Shown piece by piece: positions 38,982-48,667 of a stretch of DNA of 64,000 nt. The stretch is from NCBI GenBank assembly GCA_039798785.1, contig JBDKFG010000004.1, positions 32,001 through 96,000 on the forward strand, given 5' to 3'. Made by a program: the position numbers and the translations under genes. Under the pieces are notes generated by a model. It ran no database searches. It was not told where the DNA came from and saw only the letters and a list, made by a program, of their open reading frames with translations. Positions within the stretch are counted from its first letter, which is position 1; every line of letters begins with the position of its first letter. The DNA comes from Verrucomicrobiota bacterium. Lineage in GTDB: Bacteria; Verrucomicrobiota; Lentisphaeria; Lentisphaerales; Lentisphaeraceae.

Positions 38982-41900
38982 TCACCCCAAACCCAGCATG
39001 GGTTGATTTTCATCATCGCCGCGCTGTTTTTTGGAGTTGGTTTTGGGTTTGGGTTTGGGGGGTTCTTTGGGTGCTTTGGGTTCTTTTGCGGGTTTCGCAG
39101 AAGGTTTTTTGGTGGCTTTTTTGGGGAGGGCGCCGGGGCCGGAGAGGGTTTCCTGGAAGGAACGCTGTTGGTTGAGGGCGAGGAGGCGGGCGAGGACTTC
39201 GTCGCGGAGCTCGTCGGGCCAGCGGTAGCGGATGTTTTTGGGGATCTCGAGGCCGGTGTCTTCGTCGGTTTCGGTGAAGTCGGGGATGAATTGGCAGGTG
39301 GCGGGATCGGCGGCGCGGGTGGCGAGGTCGTCCCATCCGTAGGCGCGGAGGACGGCGGCGTCCATCACGGCGTGAAGGCGGCGGAGTTCGGCGATATCGG
39401 GGTCGCGGTTGCCTTCATCGTGGAAGCGGTTGTAGGTCTTGGTAAGGCCTTCGTTGTTGCGGATCATCAGGGCGGCGCGATACTCGTAGTACTCGCGTCC
39501 CGCTTCCTCCAAGTCGGTATAAAGCTCAGGCTGATCCAGGAGGTTTTCGGGGAAGGGGAAGGTTTCGAAGCATGTCGTTGGGGTATAGCAAAGTCGATCT
39601 TCTAAAGTTGACATAAACATCCGTGTCCATATTTCGTGAACACGCGATTGGATAATGCATAGATCAGAATTTTGATCTAGAGCCATCACAGATAAATTGC
39701 TAGAATATATTAAGCCCAAAGGCAAAAATGCGAACGCAAAGTGTGCGGAGGCTTGTGCGCCTGCAACCAAAACTCTTTTTTTGCATTTTATTTCATTGTA
39801 AAGATCTTTTGCTGGTGATCCGTATTGCCACCATAATTCGGCTCTTCGCTTATCAATTGATGATGCTGTCTTTTTTTCTCGTTCTGGCCTAACTTTTTCT
39901 GCCACAATATTAAGTAAATCAGGCCATCGATTGGCTTCATCTTCTGACATTTCACCAAAATCTATGATATATCTATCATGATAGTGCCTTGGATTTGAGG
40001 CAACCTCTGAATATCCGATCAAAGGGAAGATTCGTTCTGCATTTCTCGGATCATTTGCAATGATGCTTTTCATAACGCTTAACTTTGAGGCAATGCCTTT
40101 ATTGTCATTGTCATCAAAAGTGAATCCTGTTCCTAGGAAGATACTGCCTTGAAAGCTTTTAGATCTGTTTTCTTTTAGCTGTTTTGGCGAGTCATCCATG
40201 TTTCCAGGGAAAAGAAATGCGCTGATTCGTTCAACTGGCTCATTGTCGAGGGATTTATACGTTAGGGATTTGCCCTTGATGATATGTATTATTGAAACTA
40301 CAACGGCGGCGAGACCCGGCCATTTGAGGCGGCGGGTGGCGTGGGTGATGGTGCCGCCGTGGGAGAGGATCCACTTGAGACCCGAGTCGCGGGTGTCGCC
40401 TTGGGCGATGGTGTTGGTAGTGACGAAGCCGACACAGCCGTTGACTCGGAGGAGCGAGAAGGCGCGGCGGAAGAAGTGGGCGGCGAGGTCAGCGTTGCCG
40501 TGGGTTTCCTCGTGAAGGGTCTGGAGCCATTCCGGGTAGTGGGCGCGGTTGCCGCCGGCGACGGTATTTTTTCCGGCGTAGGGCGGATTCCCGACAATCG
40601 CATGGAAGCCCGGTTTGGAGCCGGAGAAGACTTCGGGGAATTCGATTTCCCAGTGGAAGGCCTTGACCGGGTGGGGGCCTTGGGCGAGAGAATCGATGAG
40701 CGCGGTGGGGCGGTCCTCGGGTTTACCTTGACCGAGGTAGGAGCTGAAGCCATCGAGGGCCTCGTCGCGTTTGGTCTGGCGTTCCTTCGGCTTGGCGGCG
40801 GCGAAGAAGGCGGCGATGACCGCGTCGGCGGCATCGCGGACGAGGCTGAGGGCGCGATCGGCGTCTTTGAGTTTTTCCGCCTTGAAGTGAGGCAGCAGCA
40901 GGTCACCGCCGCCGAGGATTTCGATACGGCGTTTGGCGGCGGTTTCGATGCGTTCGAGGAGGAATTGCTGGCCGAGGCGGCGTTCGGGAGAGGGGAGCCA
41001 GTGGAAATCCTCGATCTGGCGTTTGGAGAGGCCGACGAGGGAGTCTCCGGCGCGGATGGAGTGGTCGAGGAAGGTGAAGGGGTGGTCCTTGGCGAGGGTG
41101 ACTAGCCAGAGCGAGAGCTTGGCGAGGTCGGCGGCCATGGGATTGCGGTCGACGCCGTAGAGGCAGGCCTGAGCGACGAGGCGGCGGGCGTAGAGGATCT
41201 CGTCTTCATCGGGCGGCAGGAGGAGGGACGTCTTGTGCGACTGCCAGGCGGCGACGAGGGCGTCGGCGAGTTGGCGGCAGGCTTCGACGAGGAAGGCGCC
41301 GGAGCCGACGGCGGGGTCACAGATCTTGAGGTCGAGGATCTGGTCCGGGCGCGGGTTGGGCCCGAGGGCGGCGAGGACGGGCGCGAGCGCCTTGCGGACG
41401 ATGGGCTCGGTGAGCGAGCGCGGGGTGTAGTGCGAGCCCGAGCGGCGGCGTTCGTCGGAGGGTTGGAGGAGGAGGCCGCCTTTGGGGACCGGGGCGGGGG
41501 TGGCGTTGCTGGCGAGCTTGCTTTTGCAGGCGGCGATGAGGGCGTCCATCGAGGTCGCTTCCTTGAGCGGGAGAGCGGCCTTGGGAGTGAATTCGATGTC
41601 GAGCTTTTTTAGTGCTTCGAGGCGTTTGGCGCCGTCGAGGGCGAGGAGTTCTTCGAGGTTGACGGCGACCGGGGCGCCGGATTTGCCTTTGACCTTGAGG
41701 GCGAGGGAGAGCCCCGGGGCGACTTCGAGGCGGAAGCCCATCATCGTCTCGTAGACCGAGCCGATCTGTTCGACATCGAGGCTGCGGTAGGAGAGGCGTT
41801 CGCCGCCGAGGAGCATGAGTTTGGCGAGGATGCGGAAGAGGACGCCATCGGGGACGAGGGGGAGCTGGGCGGGGAGCTCATCGAGGGGGGAGGCGCGGCC

Positions 41901-43181
41901 TTCGAGGAAGGGGAAGCGGTCGGGGTCGAAGAGGTAGCCGGAGCGCGGCGGCATGGAGAGGCCGGGGTGGCGGCAGCCGGCGTGGACGGCGCGGAAGAGG
42001 GCGAGGAGCTGGGCCCAGGCGCCGTAGCGGTGGTCCATGGTATCCGGGTAGCGTTCGTTGTCGGCGCGGAGGCGTTCGAAGAGGCCGTGGACGGAGTAGA
42101 AGCGGGTGTAGAGGGAGGAATCGGGGGTCAGGCCGCGGTCTTCGGCGTAGAGGAGGAAGACCATGCGCATGAGGGAGTTGAGGAGGCCGCCGTAGATCTG
42201 GGCGGGGTCGTCGCGGAGGGCTTTTTCGAGGAGTTTGCCCTGGGCGGCGGTATCGGCCTGTTGGAAGCCGCGGAGGAATTCGTAGAGGGCGTCGAGGACC
42301 TGGGTGGCGAGCTCGTTGGAGACCTTGGACTGGTATTCGCGGCTTTTCTGGAGCAGGGCTTCGAGGCGGGTGGGGCTGGGGGCGGCGAAGAGGCGGTAGT
42401 CCTCGAGGAGCAATTTCAGGGCGGCGACGATGGGGCGTCCGGGGATGCCGGTCATGGCGCTGACGGGGAAGCTGAGGGAGCCGACGGTTTCGCCGCGGGG
42501 GGCGTAGACGAGGCGGAGCTGACGCTGGTTATAGAGGATGCCGATGGGGACTTGGGTCTCGCGCAGGAGGCGTTCGAACTTGCGGGCGGGCGAGGCCTGC
42601 CAGCCTTGTTCCTTGGAGGAGCCGGTGGCGTCGAGATCGGTGGCGGGGGGGAGGGATTGGATGAGGAGGAGGGCGTCTGAGGGAACAAGCTCAGGGCTGC
42701 CGCCCCGAACCCCGCTTGGGGACTCGTCCCCAAACCCCGTTTTACTTTTTTCTGTTTCTTGGGGATTTGAGGGAGTGGGCGAAGAGTCAGGGCTGCAACC
42801 TGGGAGCGCCGGCTGCCAGCCGGTTGGCTCTGTGTTTGGCGCTTTACGCAAAAGAACGAAGTCGGGGCGGAGGGATTCGTCGTTTTCAAGGGGGACTTCA
42901 AAACTGCGAGGAATCTGCGGAACGCTGAGGAGCTTGTCGAGTTTCCAGCCGAGGAAGGTTTGGGCGAAGGTGGGGAATTCGGGGAGGAGGAGTTCTTCGT
43001 CGCCGTTGGCGTTGAGGCCGGGTTGGAGGAGGGCGAGGAAGTCCTGGTGATGAAGAGAAAGGGTGCCGCGGTCGATGCTGAGCTGTTGGTCGGCGAGGAC
43101 GGCCGGGGAGACGACGAGGCCTTCGGGCTGGAGGTAGCCGATCCAAGCTTGGTGATCTTGCAGTGAGGGGTCGTAGGCCAT
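38982..43181 (-). CDS. drmMI: DISARM class I adenine methyltransferase DrmMI
   Basis: WIGYLQPEGLVVS, RRRSGSHYTP, DPAVGSGAFL, GNPPY and CFETFPFP motifs; drmD upstream on the same strand. Confidence 0.88.
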   Translation of the reverse strand: MAYDPSLQDHQAWIGYLQPEGLVVSPAVLADQQLSIDRGTLSLHHQDFLALLQPGLNANGDEELLLPEFPTFAQTFLGWKLDKLLSVPQIPRSFEVPLENDESLRPDFVLLRKAPNTEPTGWQPALPGCSPDSSPTPSNPQETEKSKTGFGDESPSGVRGGSPELVPSDALLLIQSLPPATDLDATGSSKEQGWQASPARKFERLLRETQVPIGILYNQRQLRLVYAPRGETVGSLSFPVSAMTGIPGRPIVAALKLLLEDYRLFAAPSPTRLEALLQKSREYQSKVSNELATQVLDALYEFLRGFQQADTAAQGKLLEKALRDDPAQIYGGLLNSLMRMVFLLYAEDRGLTPDSSLYTRFYSVHGLFERLRADNERYPDTMDHRYGAWAQLLALFRAVHAGCRHPGLSMPPRSGYLFDPDRFPFLEGRASPLDELPAQLPLVPDGVLFRILAKLMLLGGERLSYRSLDVEQIGSVYETMMGFRLEVAPGLSLALKVKGKSGAPVAVNLEELLALDGAKRLEALKKLDIEFTPKAALPLKEATSMDALIAACKSKLASNATPAPVPKGGLLLQPSDERRRSGSHYTPRSLTEPIVRKALAPVLAALGPNPRPDQILDLKICDPAVGSGAFLVEACRQLADALVAAWQSHKTSLLLPPDEDEILYARRLVAQACLYGVDRNPMAADLAKLSLWLVTLAKDHPFTFLDHSIRAGDSLVGLSKRQIEDFHWLPSPERRLGQQFLLERIETAAKRRIEILGGGDLLLPHFKAEKLKDADRALSLVRDAADAVIAAFFAAAKPKERQTKRDEALDGFSSYLGQGKPEDRPTALIDSLAQGPHPVKAFHWEIEFPEVFSGSKPGFHAIVGNPPYAGKNTVAGGNRAHYPEWLQTLHEETHGNADLAAHFFRRAFSLLRVNGCVGFVTTNTIAQGDTRDSGLKWILSHGGTITHATRRLKWPGLAAVVVSIIHIIKGKSLTYKSLDNEPVERISAFLFPGNMDDSPKQLKENRSKSFQGSIFLGTGFTFDDNDNKGIASKLSVMKSIIANDPRNAERIFPLIGYSEVASNPRHYHDRYIIDFGEMSEDEANRWPDLLNIVAEKVRPEREKKTASSIDKRRAELWWQYGSPAKDLYNEIKCKKRVLVAGAQASAHFAFAFLPLGLIYSSNLSVMALDQNSDLCIIQSRVHEIWTRMFMSTLEDRLCYTPTTCFETFPFPENLLDQPELYTDLEEAGREYYEYRAALMIRNNEGLTKTYNRFHDEGNRDPDIAELRRLHAVMDAAVLRAYGWDDLATRAADPATCQFIPDFTETDEDTGLEIPKNIRYRWPDELRDEVLARLLALNQQRSFQETLSGPGALPKKATKKPSAKPAKEPKAPKEPPKPKPKTNSKKQRGDDENQPMLGLG

Positions 43182-43407
43182 GCGTCGACTTCGAGGGGTT
43201 AGAGGCGTTTGGAGATTAGGGGGTTGGTTATAAACTTCAAGAGGGAGTTAGTGGGAGTTAGATCAAGATTTTAAGAGAAGTTTTTGACCACGAAAGGCAC
43301 GAAATACACGAAAGGGGGGCAGGGGAGGAGTTCCCTGGGAGCGCCGGCATCTTGCGGGGTGTTGTTCCCTGGGAGCGCCGGCTGCCAGCCGGTTGCAGTT
43401 TGGGTGC

Positions 43408-45015
43408 TCATGAGCGTTTTCCTTTCGCGGCGAGGGCTTGGCGGCCTTTGGCGGTGAGGCGGTATTTCTGCAAGCGGCTGTTGGGTTTGTCGGGAAGGGT
43501 CATTTCGATGAGGCCGCTTGATAGCAAATGAGATATCGACTTCTTAAAGTTGCCCGTCGGGTTCTTGTAGCCTAGCGCGGAGAGCAATGATGAACGCCCT
43601 GATGAACCATGACTCAATGTCTTGAGGATTTTGCTGTCCGTCAAGGCAAGATCGACTGGGGCCTCGACTGGGGCCTCGACTGGGGCCTCAACTGGGGCCG
43701 CGACTTGCTCCACAAGGTTGACTTGGGGTGCGACTGGGGCCGTGACTGAGTCGGCGACTTCCGGTTCGGCAAGGACAGGGAAGAAGCGGGTGAGGAAGTG
43801 GTCGTGGTCGGGGTTGGTGACGAATTCGGGGGCTGGGGAGCCGTTGGCTTTGAGGATGCGGAGGATCTTGGGGATGCCGGTGGAGCGTCCTTCGGTGAGG
43901 TCGAGTTCCTTGAGGAATTCGCCGATGCGGCGGTTGCGGTAGCGGCGGGGAAGGGCGCGACCTTGGCGGAGTTCGTCGATGGAGACCGAGCGGTCGGGTC
44001 CGGGGTAGTTGATGATGACCAGGTCTTGGGGGGTGATGCGGACTTCGATGGGCTCGCGGGTGTCGTAGCCTTTGTGGTAGACGGCGTTGGCGAGGGCTTC
44101 TTCGAGGGCTGGGAGGGGGTAGTTTTTGCAGCGGGTGGATTCGGGGCGGTCGTTGTGCTTGATGACGATGTCGTGGAGGAAGTGGCGCTCGAGGTAGTTG
44201 AGGGCGTCCTTGAGGGCGATGTGAATGGGGCCGCGGAAGATCTTCTCGGCGAAGCGGTCGCCACCGGGGCCATCGGGGAAGTCGACGATGTCGATCTGGG
44301 CCTGGGGGAAGAACTTGTGCGGTTCGGGATGGAAGAAGAGGAGGCCGATGTTGAGCGGCTTGGGGTGCTCGGGGGGACCACCGACGACTTGCAAGCGGCG
44401 GGCGAGCTCGAGAGTGGGCAGGGAGGTCGCTTCGTCGGCGAAGCCGGATCCGATGTCCTTGAGGTATTGCAGCATCAGGTCGCGGGAGAGATCCTCGATA
44501 CGGGCGTGGTGGTTGACGCGGTCATCGAAGGGGATGCGGGCGCTGAGGCCGATCAGCTCGGCTTCGTCCTGGTCTTTGGCGCGGACGGTGGAGGAGTTCT
44601 TGCGGATGAAGGCGGCCCATTCGCTGTGTTTGCCGAGGCTGAGCTTGGCTTTGTAGGGGCGGACGTCGCCGCCGAAGCACTGGACGACGAGGATGGGTTT
44701 GCCTTGATACTCGCAGGGGTAGCAGACGGGCAGGTAGTGGGGGCGGATGGCGGAGTTGCTGAGCTCGAGGAGTTCTTTCTGGATGCCGTCGAAGAGGGCG
44801 GGATCGAGTCCGGTGGGAGGCAGGACTGGGCGGCCGTCTTTCTCTTCCACTCCAATGACGATGTAGCCGCCACCGAGGTTATGGAAGTCGTTGGCGAAGG
44901 CGCAGAGGGTATGGAGGATGCGCTCGGGGTTCCAGCCGGCCTTGAATTCGAGGCGCTCCCACTCGGCGATCTGGCCGTGGAGGAGTTTATCGAGGTTGAA
45001 GGGCGGGTGGAGCAT
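43408..45015 (-). CDS. AlbA_2/Schlafen + HATPase_c_4 (RecG-C-like) + wHTH protein
   Basis: LEFK, CAFAN...GGYIVIGVEE, EALANAVYHK, YRNRRI, EGRSTG and PNSRLQKYRLT motifs; VEAP tandem repeat. Confidence 0.85.
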   Translation of the reverse strand: MLHPPFNLDKLLHGQIAEWERLEFKAGWNPERILHTLCAFANDFHNLGGGYIVIGVEEKDGRPVLPPTGLDPALFDGIQKELLELSNSAIRPHYLPVCYPCEYQGKPILVVQCFGGDVRPYKAKLSLGKHSEWAAFIRKNSSTVRAKDQDEAELIGLSARIPFDDRVNHHARIEDLSRDLMLQYLKDIGSGFADEATSLPTLELARRLQVVGGPPEHPKPLNIGLLFFHPEPHKFFPQAQIDIVDFPDGPGGDRFAEKIFRGPIHIALKDALNYLERHFLHDIVIKHNDRPESTRCKNYPLPALEEALANAVYHKGYDTREPIEVRITPQDLVIINYPGPDRSVSIDELRQGRALPRRYRNRRIGEFLKELDLTEGRSTGIPKILRILKANGSPAPEFVTNPDHDHFLTRFFPVLAEPEVADSVTAPVAPQVNLVEQVAAPVEAPVEAPVEAPVDLALTDSKILKTLSHGSSGRSSLLSALGYKNPTGNFKKSISHLLSSGLIEMTLPDKPNSRLQKYRLTAKGRQALAAKGKRS

Positions 45016-45366
45016 GGGGACCTTGGGGGGATTCAAGATTCAGGATTCAAGATGAGGCGGGAACTACGGAAGACACGGAGGGCACGGAAGGAGTGAACCA
45101 CGAAATACACGAAAGACACGAAAGAGTGACTGCAGAGACGTGGCTCGACCATCTTGGTCGAGAAAGGAGGACAGGCGTCCCGCCTGTCGATGCCACGGGA
45201 GACGGCTTGTAGGGGCGTATAGAGGCGTATAGCCGAGAGTAGCAGTGGCGTATAGGGCGTATGGCTTGATCCGTAAATGATCCGTGTTTGCCCATAACTG
45301 CCCCATAACTGAGCTTGAAGGCGCACCATAATGATCCGTAAATGATCCGTAAATTGGGTGCGAGCC

Positions 45367-47031
45367 TCATGGCTTGGGGGTCCCTGGAAGCACATAATAC
45401 ACCCCGCGATGTACCCCGTGAGATTCGATGGCCGATTGATCGAGTAGACGCTTGATGAGCCGCTTAGCTTGCATCTCGGTCATCCTGCACAGCTCCATCA
45501 CATCGGCTCGTTTGATAGAGCCATGCTGGGAGATGTAGTTCAGCACCATTTGCTCCTGCTGGATGGCGGTGAATCCCGCTTGGCGGGTGTAGGCGGCTTT
45601 GCCAGCGCTCGCCTGGTAGAGTCCGGCGGAAAGGGTGTAGCTGCGGCTGCGGTTGGCACCGTGCGCCACCACTAGTCCGGCCTCGATGAGTTTTTCCAGT
45701 GACTTCCTGGCACTCAAGGCGTCGCGCTGGATGCGTTCGGCCAGCTCTTCCGCACTGAGGCGCTTGAGGTCACGCAAGGCCGCGAGGGCAATCAGGCTGT
45801 CAATCGGCAGGTCGCGCTGGGTCCGGTTTTCCTCTTCGGCGACCAAACGGCGGAAGTCCAGGTCGGCGGCATCGGTCGGCAGGCGCAAGACGACGTTGTG
45901 GGCGTCGGTGCGGCTGTAGTCCGGAGCGGGACGCCCGAACTTCAACAAGCCGCGGTAGATGGTGTCGACGCCGCGACCGGAGCGCTCGACCAGGCCGATG
46001 CGCTTCATCGCGTCCGCCAAGGCCCGGTTGCGCGGACGAGGCTCGGTCACCAGAAGATTGCTCAGGGTCACGCCTTCCATCAGGCCGCCGGGGTTGCTGA
46101 CCACCAGGGCTTCGTCCTCGAGGCGGACATGGACCGCACCGAGGCGGTGGTAGTCGCGGTGGATCAACGCGTTGGCGACGGCTTCGCGGAAGCTGCCGAG
46201 GTCGACCAGGGGAACCGGAACCCGGAACAGGCCGACTTGGATCTCCTGCTCGGGATTGTAGGGGCGGAAGTTGGTCTCCAGCCAATCCATACCCTTGAGC
46301 AAAGGGAAACGCCGGAATTCATTAAAACGCACGGCCTGCTGGGCCATCACCTGGAAGGCGAATTCGTGGGTCGGCACGAGGCGCTGCAGCGAAGCCTCCC
46401 GCCCAATCAAAAGCAGACCGCAGAGTGTCGGCACCCGACGACCGTCTTCCAGACGCTGGGTCATACCCAAGGCGCCATCCAAGGCTTCATCGTCGAGCTC
46501 CAAGAGGATCCGGTCGCCGCCAAACCTTTGCACACACTGGCGAAGGCGTTCGCGCTCAAGCGGATCGAAGTCATCCAAGCTCGCTCCGGCGACGGCTTGG
46601 GCCGAGACGTCGATCAGCCCGAAGGTGGAGGCGCGGCTGATCCGGTCGTGTGGCAGCATGGGGACGCATTCGGGAGTGCCATCCGGCTTAAGGCGTCGCC
46701 GCAGATAGACGCCGCTGCTGCTTGCCACTTCATGCGCCGACTTAGGGACAAGAATTCGAGCCAGCGGCAGCCCGGCGATCTCGACGGCCTCCACTTCAAC
46801 GCTCAGGGAGGGCGAGCTGCGGGCGGCGATCAAGCCGCTCAAGCCCTTGAGGTTTTTGTGCTCCGGATGCAGCCCGGTGGGAGTGCCGTCGTCCTCAATG
46901 CCGAGCCATAGCTCGCCGCCGTCCGTGTTGGCCAGGCCGATGACGGCTTCGATCAGCTCGGAGTCCGGCAGGCGCTTGCGGTCGCTCTTGAACTCGACCG
47001 TGAGGCTTTCGTGAGGAGGTGGCTGGATCAT
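45367..47031 (-). CDS. AlbA_2/Schlafen + HATPase_c_4 + wHTH protein
   Basis: ESLTVEFKSD, LANTDGG..LGIEDDG, REAVANALIHRDY, PRNRALA and ERSGRG motifs. Confidence 0.85.
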   Translation of the reverse strand: MIQPPPHESLTVEFKSDRKRLPDSELIEAVIGLANTDGGELWLGIEDDGTPTGLHPEHKNLKGLSGLIAARSSPSLSVEVEAVEIAGLPLARILVPKSAHEVASSSGVYLRRRLKPDGTPECVPMLPHDRISRASTFGLIDVSAQAVAGASLDDFDPLERERLRQCVQRFGGDRILLELDDEALDGALGMTQRLEDGRRVPTLCGLLLIGREASLQRLVPTHEFAFQVMAQQAVRFNEFRRFPLLKGMDWLETNFRPYNPEQEIQVGLFRVPVPLVDLGSFREAVANALIHRDYHRLGAVHVRLEDEALVVSNPGGLMEGVTLSNLLVTEPRPRNRALADAMKRIGLVERSGRGVDTIYRGLLKFGRPAPDYSRTDAHNVVLRLPTDAADLDFRRLVAEEENRTQRDLPIDSLIALAALRDLKRLSAEELAERIQRDALSARKSLEKLIEAGLVVAHGANRSRSYTLSAGLYQASAGKAAYTRQAGFTAIQQEQMVLNYISQHGSIKRADVMELCRMTEMQAKRLIKRLLDQSAIESHGVHRGVYYVLPGTPKP

Positions 47032-47095
47032 GGAGGGCTCAGGGCTGGGGGTGGTTTTGAGATAACTCGACCGTCTCGGGCGTGCGAGGCGGAAT

Positions 47096-47371
47096 CTACA
47101 GGTAGGACTCGGCGCTACGGAGGGCGAGGGCGGATTCTTCGGGGTTCTTTTCATCTTCGAGGAATTCGTGGGCGGCGTGGATTTCGTTGATGAGTTTTTC
47201 CCAGAGGTAGTATTTCTGCGATTTTTCGTCGAGTTTCAAGCTCTCGATGTGTTCACGCACGAGCATGATCAGATCCATGATTTCTCCGGCGAGTTTGGGC
47301 CATTGGCGTTTGGGCGCCATTTCGACCTGGTTGGCGAGCGAGAGGAGTCGGAGGGAGAGTGCGGGTTTCAT
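47096..47371 (-). CDS. Hypothetical helical protein
   Basis: 91 aa, ATGA overlap with yhcG. Confidence 0.55.
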   Translation of the reverse strand: MKPALSLRLLSLANQVEMAPKRQWPKLAGEIMDLIMLVREHIESLKLDEKSQKYYLWEKLINEIHAAHEFLEDEKNPEESALALRSAESYL

Positions 47372-48627
47372 GGTCGGTCTTTGGCCTCGGTTTGTTCAAG
47401 AAGTTGCGCCTCGATCAGTTGCCGTTCGCGGAGGAGTTCCCGGGCGAGTTCCTCTTCACTGGGCAAATGAAGCAGGTATTTCGAGGCGAAGATCTGTTTG
47501 CGTTCGTTGAGGACGGAGTATTTGGCGACGGCTTCGTTTTTATCGGTGCAGAGGATCAGGCCGATGGTCGGGTTGTCGCCTTCGGAAGTGTAGAGGTCGT
47601 CGTACATGCGGACATAACCATCCATCTGGCCGACATCCTGGTGACTCACCTCATCCATCTTTAGGTCGATCAGGACGAAGCACTTAAGGATGCAGTTGTA
47701 GAAGACCAGGTCGACGTAGTAATCAGTCTCGTTGAAGCGTAGGCGTTTTTGGCGGGCGACGAAGGCGAATCCCTTGCCTAGTTCGAGGAGGAAGTGCTGG
47801 AGGCGGCTCATGATTGCCGCTTCCAATTGCGTCTCATGGAGAGCGCTGGCGTTGGGGAGATTGAGGAACTCCAGAACATAGGGGTGCTTGAGCGCGTCGA
47901 CCGCAGGAGATTTGACGGCGACTTCGCTGCGGGCCGTTTCGATCATCTTCTGGGGATTCTGGCTCTTGAGCATCCGCTCGTAGTAGAAAGAGCGGATGTG
48001 CCGCTCCAAGCCGCGTTTGTCCCAGCCACAGGCGATCGCCTCCGATTCGTAGAAGTCTCGAGCCGCGGCGTTCTCGACTCGCATCAAGGCCCGGTAGTGG
48101 GACCAGCTCAGTTGCGCCGAGAAACCAGTCGATTGAACCCCATTTAATAATTGAGGATCAACGGATTGTAATAGGTCGCTCAATGGGTGACCTATTTGAG
48201 TGGCAGTTTGAGGAGCTGACTCCGGGGAGGCCGATGCAATTAGCTTGGATTTTGATTTATCCGATTGTTTATCAAGGATTTCAAATTCGGCACCCAATGG
48301 GTGCCGAATTGGCGGCAGGCGCGACGGGTAGGTCAGGAAGAACTTGCGAAAGGCCTTGAGGTTGACCTCGGAGAATCCTTCGCCGTAATGACTGTTCAGC
48401 CGCTTGGAAAGGTCTTCGATGACTTTTTTGCCATACTCCGCCCGCTCTTCCCCGCCTTGCAGCTCGAGGACGATTTCCCTTCCGATCAGCCAGTAGGCGG
48501 TGACCATGTTGGTATTGACGGCCCGAACGACATTGCCCCGAGCCTGTTCGAGGATGCCGACGACGCGGTCGAAGAGTGCCGGTGCGGGGCTGGTGGCGGT
48601 GACGGGGGCTGGAGTTTTCTTTTTCAT
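47368..48627 (-). CDS. YhcG/DUF1016 PD-(D/E)XK nuclease-family protein
   Basis: YWLIGREIV, LSWSHY, FLLELGKGFAFVARQ, DLVFY, IDLK and PTIGLILC motifs. Confidence 0.92.
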   Translation of the reverse strand: MKKKTPAPVTATSPAPALFDRVVGILEQARGNVVRAVNTNMVTAYWLIGREIVLELQGGEERAEYGKKVIEDLSKRLNSHYGEGFSEVNLKAFRKFFLTYPSRLPPIRHPLGAEFEILDKQSDKSKSKLIASASPESAPQTATQIGHPLSDLLQSVDPQLLNGVQSTGFSAQLSWSHYRALMRVENAAARDFYESEAIACGWDKRGLERHIRSFYYERMLKSQNPQKMIETARSEVAVKSPAVDALKHPYVLEFLNLPNASALHETQLEAAIMSRLQHFLLELGKGFAFVARQKRLRFNETDYYVDLVFYNCILKCFVLIDLKMDEVSHQDVGQMDGYVRMYDDLYTSEGDNPTIGLILCTDKNEAVAKYSVLNERKQIFASKYLLHLPSEEELARELLRERQLIEAQLLEQTEAKDRP

Positions 48628-48667
48628 GAAGTGCGGGGCTTGCGCTGGGGTTTTGGCATCGGGGCGT

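Noticed and set aside
45210..45355. GGCGTATAG, GATCCGTAAAT and CCCATAACTG short repeats
   Set aside because: Low-complexity duplications with no supportable function.
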